64,000 nucleotides of DNA from Candidatus Oxydemutator sp. (GTDB lineage: Bacteria > Pseudomonadota > Gammaproteobacteria > Poriferisulfidales > Oxydemutatoraceae), in contig OZ241883.1 of NCBI GenBank assembly GCA_965203445.1, positions 2,240,001 through 2,304,000 on the forward strand. Reading direction: 5' to 3'. How positions within the stretch are numbered: the stretch's first letter is position 1; every line of letters begins with the position of its first letter. The notes beneath the pieces are model-generated. The model had not been told where the DNA came from, did not search any database, and saw nothing but the letters and a program-made list of their open reading frames with translations. Position numbers and translations under genes: made by a program. Below are positions 42,954-50,638 of this stretch, piece after piece.

Positions 42954-43547
42954 TCACAATCGGTCATTACAAAAATTCACGTATTCGCAGGTGCAGCACT
43001 GGGCGACCGTCGCACTCGATTCCGGCTTCAGTCCACGCCGCAGCATCCGCCTGATTTTATCCGCCACCTCTGCAACCAGCCGACGCTTGTCCGCGTCAAT
43101 GTCAATCGTATGCAGAACCTTCCCTTTCCCGACCAAGAATCCGGCCGTGCTCGGCTTGGAAAAATGCTCCTCTAACAGCAAGGCATAAGCCGCCAGTTGC
43201 AGTTGGTCGCCGCGCTTCCCGCGGTTTGCGGAAAGCTTGAACTCGACGGCGTACACCGCCTCGTCGGTTTCCACCGCCATGTCCGCGATGCCATGCAGTC
43301 CCAACGCATCGCTGCGCACCGCCAGATTGTGATGGGTTTTCCCGCTCCGCAAATTGAATCTGGAGAGATTGCGACGCTGCCATAATTTTTCCTCTGCCCG
43401 GTGGAAGTGCTCTCCCTGCCCGACCCAGACGGGGCGATGAAAAGCAACATCGGTCAACTCCATGTAATACACGACCCGCGGGCAGTAGCACCACTGCCGG
43501 ATTAAATTTACCGGAATGCTATATGGCAAGGGTTTCCTCCCAATCAT
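42954..43547 (-). CDS. cas4: CRISPR-associated Cas4
   Basis: RQWCYCPR, HGIAD, VEFK, QLAAYA, CCTCEYVNFC Fe-S cysteines. Confidence 0.95.
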   Translation of the reverse strand: MIGRKPLPYSIPVNLIRQWCYCPRVVYYMELTDVAFHRPVWVGQGEHFHRAEEKLWQRRNLSRFNLRSGKTHHNLAVRSDALGLHGIADMAVETDEAVYAVEFKLSANRGKRGDQLQLAAYALLLEEHFSKPSTAGFLVGKGKVLHTIDIDADKRRLVAEVADKIRRMLRRGLKPESSATVAQCCTCEYVNFCNDRL

Positions 43548-43821
43548 GGAAATCGCTCTTTTCGTGGCCGACAAAATAACTCCGCCCCCGCCCGTTGAAG
43601 TTGGTATGCGTAATAAATGCCTTGTCCGCCTGCCCCAGGCTATCGTGCAGGTAGCGTTTAATCGCCTCCAGCTCCGCCAGCGTCAGATACCCCCAAAACA
43701 CCGACTTCTGCACGGCTCTGAGCCCGTGCTTCCCCAACTCCATAAAAACGCGGGCGCGCGTTTTATTGTCTTCCACGTCGTAGCTGACCAGATACTCCTG
43801 CCGCAATGGATAATTCTTCAT
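43519..43821 (-). CDS. cas2: CRISPR-associated Cas2
   Basis: YLVSYDVEDNKTR, VQKSVFWG. Confidence 0.95.
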   Translation of the reverse strand: MKNYPLRQEYLVSYDVEDNKTRARVFMELGKHGLRAVQKSVFWGYLTLAELEAIKRYLHDSLGQADKAFITHTNFNGRGRSYFVGHEKSDFHDWEETLAI

Positions 43822-43830
43822 GCCGCCAAA

Positions 43831-44787
43831 TCACCACTTGAACAAATAAGGCCGATAGTTTTGCTCGCCGTAGAAATGACCGCACAAACGATAAACTTGG
43901 CGCTGGATAATATGTTCCAATTTGTGCTTCTTTCTGCGATACGTGTATTTCTTGGCGCACGTTTTCTGTATTTCCCCTATCAACGCCTTCTTCAGGGCGA
44001 CATCCAGAACCGTTCGCCCCTCGCTGCGGGAGCGCAACTTGACTACGGCGCGATCAACCACCCACGCGCGGTATTCTTCCATGACGTCGAGCACCAGCGC
44101 CATTTTCCCCGGCCGCCGGACGTGCATGACGCCGAGATAAGGCTCCAGCCCGGCGTTGATAATCGCGCTCAGGATATAACTGCTCAACACCGCGTAACCG
44201 AGATTGAGCATGGCGTTGTTGATTTCCCCGCTTCCCCGCCCCTCGCGCCTCGTGAACGAAGCCGAAAACAGCCGCGCTTGCCGCAAACCCTGAAAATAGG
44301 CATTGGCGCCGGCACCCTCGAAACCGAGCAAGGTCTCGAGGTCTCTCGCGTGTGGCGCCTTGTCCGCGTGTGCCCGCAATTCATCGGCGGCGGAGCGCAG
44401 AAACGGATGCCTGTGATATTTGTCGAGATGGTTCAGCACGGCGCGCTGATTTTTCAGTTTTGCGACGACGATCCTCCGCGCCAGCGGCATCGTGTCGCGC
44501 TGGCAAAAAGCCATCTGCGCCTGGCGCACCGCCACCACACCGTGTTGCGACTGTCCCAAAATCGCCGAGTGTGCGACACCGCGAAAATCCAAAAAAAATA
44601 ACTTGATGCCGCGGCTGCTGAAAGCCTCGATCAGATCGCTCGATATGCTGACGCCGCGTTTGGCGATGGAGACGGTGCACAGGCGATTGAGCGGATAGTG
44701 CCTGCTTTCTCCATCCTGCCTGACCACCAAGCGATGGCTGTTCAGCCCCAAAAAAGCCCCATAGTCGCCGATGACAAGGTGTTTCAT
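43831..44787 (-). CDS. cas1: CRISPR-associated Cas1, II-B type
   Basis: MKHLVIGDYGAFLGL...GIKLFFLDFRG, GFEGAGA..YF, NAMLNLGYAVL, GLEPYLGVMH, LDVMEEYR. Confidence 0.96.
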   Translation of the reverse strand: MKHLVIGDYGAFLGLNSHRLVVRQDGESRHYPLNRLCTVSIAKRGVSISSDLIEAFSSRGIKLFFLDFRGVAHSAILGQSQHGVVAVRQAQMAFCQRDTMPLARRIVVAKLKNQRAVLNHLDKYHRHPFLRSAADELRAHADKAPHARDLETLLGFEGAGANAYFQGLRQARLFSASFTRREGRGSGEINNAMLNLGYAVLSSYILSAIINAGLEPYLGVMHVRRPGKMALVLDVMEEYRAWVVDRAVVKLRSRSEGRTVLDVALKKALIGEIQKTCAKKYTYRRKKHKLEHIIQRQVYRLCGHFYGEQNYRPYLFKW

Positions 44788-44827
44788 GGTGTGATCGTGC
44801 CGGCCAGCCGCGGGCTTGGCCGCGTAC

Positions 44828-44862
44828 TTGACCTGGTCTATAGACCGGTATTATAGTCTATA
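44828..44862. promoter_or_regulatory. TA promoter/operator overlapping a possible divergent cas1 -10
   Basis: TTGACC, palindrome GGTCTATAGACC (44835-44846), TATAGT on +, TATAAT on - (44850-44855). Confidence 0.5.
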
Positions 44863-44880
44863 TAACACAGGGAGCAGGCC

Positions 44881-45123
44881 ATGACCAAAGAAAACATCGG
44901 ATCTTACGAGGCGAAAACGAAGCTGCCCGAACTGTTGAGGCGGGTGCAGGCGGGCGAGGCCTTTACGATAACCAGACGTGGCAAGCCCATAGCGGACCTG
45001 CTGCCCAGCCAGGCCGGGGCGCGACAAAAGACGGCGGCCGCCATTGACAACATCGCTGCCATGGGCAAACGGACGGTCTCCGAGCGTCGCCTGAAAGAAT
45101 ATAGAGACAAAGGCCGCGAGTGA
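44881..45123 (+). CDS. Phd/YefM family antitoxin
   Basis: IGSYEAKTKLPELLRRVQAGEAFTITRRGKPIADL. Confidence 0.92.
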   Translation: MTKENIGSYEAKTKLPELLRRVQAGEAFTITRRGKPIADLLPSQAGARQKTAAAIDNIAAMGKRTVSERRLKEYRDKGRE

Positions 45124-45545
45124 CGACCTTCGTGCTGGATAATTCAGTGGCAATGCGTTGGCTGCTCGCAACTCCCAGCCCTTCGGGGCAGAAGTATGCC
45201 GGGAAGGTCCTGCAAAGCATGAAAGACGCGGACGCGCTCGTGCCCGCGCTCTGGCACCTCGAAGCGGCCAATGTCCTGCTCCACGCCGAAAGAGACGGCC
45301 AGATAACGACCGGCCAGGCACAAGCGTTTGTCTCACAACTGAAAAATCTGCCCATTACGATTGATTCACCGACCCAGACAAATTCGGTCGACCGAATTAT
45401 GGCGCTGGCTCGGTCATACAACCTCAGCAGTTACGACGCCGCCTATCTGGAGATTGCCACCCGCAATTCGGTACGGCTCGCCACCCTGGACAGATCGCTG
45501 GCAAAAGCAGCGAGGAAAGCGGGAGTAGGTATCTATCTGAAATAA
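45120..45545 (+). CDS. vapC: VapC PIN-domain toxin
   Basis: FVLDNSV, WHLEAANVL, LSSYDAAYLE, LATLD; GTGA overlap with the antitoxin. Confidence 0.92.
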   Translation: MTTFVLDNSVAMRWLLATPSPSGQKYAGKVLQSMKDADALVPALWHLEAANVLLHAERDGQITTGQAQAFVSQLKNLPITIDSPTQTNSVDRIMALARSYNLSSYDAAYLEIATRNSVRLATLDRSLAKAARKAGVGIYLK

Positions 45546-45561
45546 GAAAGCACCAGTGTGC

Positions 45562-45828
45562 TCAAGTAGTCTTCGCCTTCAGCGGGAACCGCGCAGGATT
45601 TCGGATGATTTCTCTGCTCAGATCAACGTCTATCATCGGCCAGTAATAATGATCCGCAGATAATTGCTCCACTTTAAGGATCGCCTCAACGGGCTGCCCC
45701 TTGAACCAGGGAAAATCCTCGTAGGACAGAAATAACTCCTCATCATGTGCAAGCAGCCATATACCGTGGGTAGATATATGGGTAACTTCAACTTCTGAAG
45801 TAGTCTTTCCAGGCATTGATGAGTTCAT
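45562..45828 (-). CDS. DUF2442 family protein
   Basis: THISTHGIWLL...ELFLSYEDFPWF...WPMIDVDLS..P.RFPL; ATGA overlap with the cas9 stop. Confidence 0.85.
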   Translation of the reverse strand: MNSSMPGKTTSEVEVTHISTHGIWLLAHDEELFLSYEDFPWFKGQPVEAILKVEQLSADHYYWPMIDVDLSREIIRNPARFPLKAKTT

Positions 45829-48800
45829 TGTGATGGTTCTCTATAGATTTCCAATTCCTTATAACCTATCTCAGTTTCTTCCATCGTTTCATCATCCCTA
45901 AGTGTTGCTCGGGGACCCAGTTTGGTGATAGCCCACGGCCCACTTTTCCCATCAATACGAACCCTATCACCCCGTTTGAATATTTTGAGTATTTTATAAT
46001 TCACTGGAAGTTCTTTATCTATTTCATTTCTTTCATAAACTGGCTGAGACTTATCCTTCCAATAAAACTTATTCGTAATACGAACAGCATCTATTTTATC
46101 TTTTCCATCTTTATTATATTGAATAACCATAACTTTATCCCAAGAAACCGTCCGTCTAAAGTGATGCATGCCTTTTGTATTTTTATCTTTTCTTCGCCAC
46201 ATCTGTTGAACTCCCATGCCCCCTCGGACACCAGGACCCACCCTTACGCAACGAACTGACCGTGTATTCTTGGGGTGTAAAATATGCTCCTGGGGCAGCC
46301 TCAGAAAATAAGAATGCGTAATTGTTCTCTTATCACCGCTTCCATTTGTCATTTCTTTTTTTCTGTCATCCGGCATATCATCGATTTTTTCCCATGCTTT
46401 TTCCATTGCCATCCTGATAGGCTCGGACTGTATATTCCCGATATTCTTTTTTTGAATCTTCTCCAACGGTTTTCTTTGTGTAATCATGCCGTCCAAACAA
46501 CGCAAAGGTTCAGTATCCGTTTTGCTGCATTCGATCTTTCCTTCATTTCTCTTGTCTTCAACATACCAACCCGAAGATTTATCGGGAGCCAACAAATTCC
46601 CTCTGCCGTCTTCTCTTAGATTGATAAAAGCAGGGGCATTTTCCTTCCTTGCCTGCTTACGAACATCACTATTCAAGCGTTTGATCGCTTCCCAATCTAC
46701 ATTTGCTGCCAAGACCACAGCATCAAGGGCATGGTGGAACTCTCTGATGGGATCATCTTTCGCTGGCTCAACAATCACCTTAAACCTTTTCACGGCAATT
46801 TTGGTCTTTATCATAACTTTGATATTCGAGATCTCCCCCGTACTTTTGTCTACAACTTCCACATCGCACCATGGTACATATTTACCATTACCTCTTTTCC
46901 TGTAACACTTCTTCAGTGTCCCAACCAATTTATTACCCTTGACAGATAGCCAATCATTACCTGCTTCCTCATCATTCTTACGATATTTAAGCTTTACAGA
47001 AGCATTAGCACCTTCCAACAATTTACTTAGTTTTTTATCCTTTGAGAAAACATCTTCCAATAACAACTCTAATTCTTGATCAAGCTGTCCTTTTGTCTCA
47101 TAGAGAGTTTCATCTTTCTTTTTTCCACTCGTTTTGCCTTCCTTTACTACTTCAAGGACGAAGTTTTTATTGTTACAGTTCTCTAACCAAAACTGGTTTG
47201 TCCCTACTGCATTATCATCCGGAGTCCCGACAAGCATCACTTTCCCATTATTTTTGTCCGTTCGAATTTCCAGCCAGTCAGTTACCCCTTCATCATAGTC
47301 TTTACAGATAGAAACCTCCCCATCAAATAAATACTCATCCAACTTCAGCTTTGAAAGTTCATATTTGAATTCTTCACCTGCCTTTGTTTTGTATGGATTC
47401 CTAAATCGTATAGCCCGCTTCTGCCGATCCATAAACGGAAACCAGAACCGACGAAGATAAATTGAATCACCTGAACGTATTTTGTGAATCACCTCTGATG
47501 GCAAGTTAAATTCATCCATAAAAGCCTGTTTCAAGAGTTTCGCCCCGAACATGGTGTGCTGTGGGGCAGCAAGCATATCCTCAGGCAGTCTCCTGTCTGC
47601 CTCCAAACGGGATTGAATGAATTTGTGCTTCTCAGGATTATTATTCTCAATCAAAGAAAGGACATTCTTATCCAGAGGCTCCCTCCGGTTGTGCTTATCA
47701 ATATTGCAAATTGAATGACCGATTACTTTATTCCGGGCAATATTTCCCCCACCTTTTGATTTAGGGAACAGATGATCAATATGAGCGTCACTATGCAAAA
47801 ACTCACCACAAAATATGCAACGGCCACCTTGATCCGCCCTAAGCGTGGCCATATCCCCACCCGCCGACTGTTGATACTGTTTCGGCTTGAGCTTCTTCTT
47901 CAGCTTCTTACCTTCACTCTGAGCCAGAGCACTGATATCAAAACGCGCTGTCTCTATACCTACATGTTCAATAGGTATCGGCGAATTTCTGAGGTCTCGT
48001 ACCTCCTGCTCCTTCAACATCTTGCGCACAACAACAGTGATTTTTTCAACTTTCTGCCGTATTGAGGGTGGCGCGTCATCTTTCAATGTTAAAACACGCT
48101 CTTCATGAAGCCTCGCCCATGAATTGCCCTTGGTTTCATCGCGCTCCAAAAGGTTCAGTTTTTGTTCCAGGTGCTTAATACAAAAACCTGCTCTGCCGGG
48201 CTGTTCCCCACAAATAATATCCCTGAGAATATCTTTCTTGCCTCTCGCCTCGTTCTCTGCGGGGAGAACATAGCGATTTCCCCTACTGTTAGTAAAAAAT
48301 TGATTAATAGTTTCCTGATTTTTATTTTTGATAACTCCGTCTAGTTCTTTCACAAACTCCAAACTATTCATCAACTTCTGTATTTCACTCTCATCCAACT
48401 TGTCTTTATTCCCATTGGCACGCCTCACATTCATTTGACGCAACTCAATTTCAAACTGAAGTCTGCGAACGTCTTTCCTGCGCTTTTTAGGGAGATTAAG
48501 TCCGCAACGTGTTCCATCATCGTCAGTAGCTGCCGGGCATTTGCCCATGCTATTGCGGTTGTTGAATCTTTTCTTGCGATATTCACGATTGACTACCTTT
48601 GTTGCTGCCTTAATCCATCGCTTTTTTATTTCTGTAGGGGTAGTACCTGCTCTATGAGCGATTTCACTGGCCTTATTATGAACATCCGCCATTGATTGTT
48701 GCCAATCCTGTTTTATTTTGGCCATAGACAAGATCTGTCTGTTCTGATTGACTTTGCTTTTCTTCAAACCCTGGAAGGTTTCATCCAGGCAAATTTGAAA

Positions 48801-49790
48801 GCGATCCTGCTCCAAGCCACAGGCGACTTTCATCAGGTTTTCCAACCCGCTTAGCATTTCCTCACGATGGCGATTACGATGTGGACGATAAACTTTGCCT
48901 TCCTCAAAAAGCTTCTCACCTGTTTGTAGGCCAAGCATAGTCATAATGCGAGTAACAATTTCTTCTTCCTGAGGTATGGTACTTCCAGCCCCATAGACCA
49001 AACCAAGGCGTTCTTTGATCCAGCTCTTTATATCCTCTGGCACAGCATCTTGAAGTTTTATTTCCAGTGCCTCATAAACCACTTCCTGCCTGGCAAGCTC
49101 CTCCATGACTGAAGAATCTTTTTCGGCTTTTTTTCTGAGATCGTGAATCTCTTTAGCTTTCTCATAAAGCTCACCCAGGCAGCTCCGTTCCTCTTTTATT
49201 TTTATAAAGGAAACAGTTTTGTCAGAAAATTTTTGAGACTCACTATGCCTTGAACGCCTGTTGAATTCTTGTCTTGCGTTGTCTTGGGCTTGTTTGTATT
49301 CCTCGTCTGATTCATTCTTGTATTTCCTACGCCCTTTCTCGTTAAATTCCGCGGGCGCATTAAATTCCTGAAGAAGAATCCTGTCAACTTCTTTAACTAT
49401 TAGAGGGCATTTAGGAGATTTACCATCATCAGTTTTGACAACGAGCAATTCAAGCAAGCTCGCATAGTCCCATCCACGATAATGGGCTAGCGCATAAAGG
49501 CGGTTTCCAAGAGAAGCCTTATCTCTCTCAGTCTGTTTCTCCCCCGGTTTCGCATTTCTTGGCTCCAACCCCATGCCTTTAAGAAGCGCATAGAAGTCGC
49601 GTAGCCGCCTCGCCTTGGAAAGTTTCCGCCTGCGTTGTCCCCTGTTGACGCGACGTTTTTGGAGAGTATCCGATAGCGTAGTGCGATGTTTGAGAACTTT
49701 ATAATCCAGGACTTCATTACTTGAACTCAACAAGCCAACGCCTGTATATGCGTAACCGAAGTCAATCCCTAATCTGAAGGACTTATTCAT
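45825..49790 (-). CDS. cas9: Divergent Cas9, 1321 aa
   Basis: RuvC-I LGIDFG, Arg-rich bridge helix, RuvC-II GIETARF, HNH CIFCG..HIDHLFPKS..N..HSICN, RuvC-III HHALDAVVLA; start at MNKSF with AGGTGG RBS. Confidence 0.93.
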   Translation of the reverse strand: MNKSFRLGIDFGYAYTGVGLLSSSNEVLDYKVLKHRTTLSDTLQKRRVNRGQRRRKLSKARRLRDFYALLKGMGLEPRNAKPGEKQTERDKASLGNRLYALAHYRGWDYASLLELLVVKTDDGKSPKCPLIVKEVDRILLQEFNAPAEFNEKGRRKYKNESDEEYKQAQDNARQEFNRRSRHSESQKFSDKTVSFIKIKEERSCLGELYEKAKEIHDLRKKAEKDSSVMEELARQEVVYEALEIKLQDAVPEDIKSWIKERLGLVYGAGSTIPQEEEIVTRIMTMLGLQTGEKLFEEGKVYRPHRNRHREEMLSGLENLMKVACGLEQDRFQICLDETFQGLKKSKVNQNRQILSMAKIKQDWQQSMADVHNKASEIAHRAGTTPTEIKKRWIKAATKVVNREYRKKRFNNRNSMGKCPAATDDDGTRCGLNLPKKRRKDVRRLQFEIELRQMNVRRANGNKDKLDESEIQKLMNSLEFVKELDGVIKNKNQETINQFFTNSRGNRYVLPAENEARGKKDILRDIICGEQPGRAGFCIKHLEQKLNLLERDETKGNSWARLHEERVLTLKDDAPPSIRQKVEKITVVVRKMLKEQEVRDLRNSPIPIEHVGIETARFDISALAQSEGKKLKKKLKPKQYQQSAGGDMATLRADQGGRCIFCGEFLHSDAHIDHLFPKSKGGGNIARNKVIGHSICNIDKHNRREPLDKNVLSLIENNNPEKHKFIQSRLEADRRLPEDMLAAPQHTMFGAKLLKQAFMDEFNLPSEVIHKIRSGDSIYLRRFWFPFMDRQKRAIRFRNPYKTKAGEEFKYELSKLKLDEYLFDGEVSICKDYDEGVTDWLEIRTDKNNGKVMLVGTPDDNAVGTNQFWLENCNNKNFVLEVVKEGKTSGKKKDETLYETKGQLDQELELLLEDVFSKDKKLSKLLEGANASVKLKYRKNDEEAGNDWLSVKGNKLVGTLKKCYRKRGNGKYVPWCDVEVVDKSTGEISNIKVMIKTKIAVKRFKVIVEPAKDDPIREFHHALDAVVLAANVDWEAIKRLNSDVRKQARKENAPAFINLREDGRGNLLAPDKSSGWYVEDKRNEGKIECSKTDTEPLRCLDGMITQRKPLEKIQKKNIGNIQSEPIRMAMEKAWEKIDDMPDDRKKEMTNGSGDKRTITHSYFLRLPQEHILHPKNTRSVRCVRVGPGVRGGMGVQQMWRRKDKNTKGMHHFRRTVSWDKVMVIQYNKDGKDKIDAVRITNKFYWKDKSQPVYERNEIDKELPVNYKILKIFKRGDRVRIDGKSGPWAITKLGPRATLRDDETMEETEIGYKELEIYREPSQ

Positions 49791-49803
49791 AACCCACCTG
49801 AAT

Positions 49804-49939
49804 GTAAAACAATACCCTGCATAAAGCAGGGTATTGTAGATTTTGCTCGCCCTCAAGCGGTGACTTACTGAAAACAGAGCATCGCCTGCAAAAAACGATG
49901 GTGCCAGCAAGCACCTCGGACTTTTTTCAGTTGTTGAGG
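49804..49939 (-). ncRNA. tracrRNA-2 candidate, non-Francisella scaffold
   Basis: CCTCAACAACTGAAA is the perfect complement of repeat nt 2-16; hairpins GGTGC/GCACC, CATCG/CGATG, GCTTG/CGAGC; 12-bp terminal hairpin. Confidence 0.7.
49805..49837 (-). terminator. Terminator-like hairpin between tracrRNA-2 and cas9
   Basis: ACAATACCCTGC-TTTAT-GCAGGGTATTGT-TTTA. Confidence 0.7.
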
Positions 49940-49943
49940 CCTG

Positions 49944-49971
49944 ATTGTAACGACGAAGAAAAAACTGTCAA
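49944..49971 (-). promoter_or_regulatory. Near-consensus sigma70 promoter for tracrRNA-2/cas9
   Basis: TTGACA-N16-TACAAT; predicted start site falls within the anti-repeat. Confidence 0.75.
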
Positions 49972-49987
49972 GCCCTGATGTGTTGTT

Positions 49988-50638
49988 CTACATTGGCGTC
50001 GCAGGGGTTGCGAAGTCGTCGTCGTAGAAATAGTGTCCCTTCAGCCGTTTGACGTTGAAAATGAGTATTTCGCTATGGAACAGTATGCCGTCGAACACGT
50101 TCTTCGGGAGGCTGATTATCGAGCATATCTCGGGATAAGTGCCGTCTACAAACTTGATCCAGCGCCTCGATTGTTGCGTCTGGTTCAGGCGCAATCCGTA
50201 AGGGGTGAACAGCACAATCGGGATGCTTTTGCCGAACAGTTCTATCGCTTTTTGCAGCCACACTTCCGGCAGCAATGGCCTGCCACCATAATTTTCTACC
50301 AGATGCGCTTTCGTCTTCGGGTCAATGTTGAACGGGGGGTTCATTATCACGAGGCCAGGCTCCTTCAGCTCTCCCTTCTTTACCTTCAGATAATTCCTGA
50401 CCCGCGTCCTCGGAAAACCCTGCTTTTCTATATCAATGCCGACAACGTCAAACCCGTTCTCCTCGAAAGGCCGCAGCAACGAACCCTCGCCCACGCACGG
50501 GTCGAGCACCGGCTTCGACTTGTCAATGCGCTTGCCGACCAGTTCATACAGGAACCGGCTGACACCTTCCGGCGTCTGTATCGTGGATTTCTTTTGTCGG
50601 TTGTAAAAATTATTGCGATCAACTCTGTACATCGTCAT
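49988..50638 (-). CDS. Small orphan amino (N6A/N4C) DNA methyltransferase
   Basis: IQTP, VLDPCVGEGSLL, GIDI, IMNPPF; GGAGGAG RBS. Confidence 0.85.
   Translation of the reverse strand: MTMYRVDRNNFYNRQKKSTIQTPEGVSRFLYELVGKRIDKSKPVLDPCVGEGSLLRPFEENGFDVVGIDIEKQGFPRTRVRNYLKVKKGELKEPGLVIMNPPFNIDPKTKAHLVENYGGRPLLPEVWLQKAIELFGKSIPIVLFTPYGLRLNQTQQSRRWIKFVDGTYPEICSIISLPKNVFDGILFHSEILIFNVKRLKGHYFYDDDFATPATPM

Noticed and set aside
49791-49910. 40-aa N-terminal extension of Cas9 in the ORF track
   Set aside because: Overlaps the tracrRNA-2 candidate and terminator; RuvC-I and the RBS favour the ATG at 49790
49900-49939. Reading the partial repeat as a + strand scaRNA or array remnant
   Set aside because: Promoter, hairpins and terminator all fit the - strand; not fully excluded without RNA data
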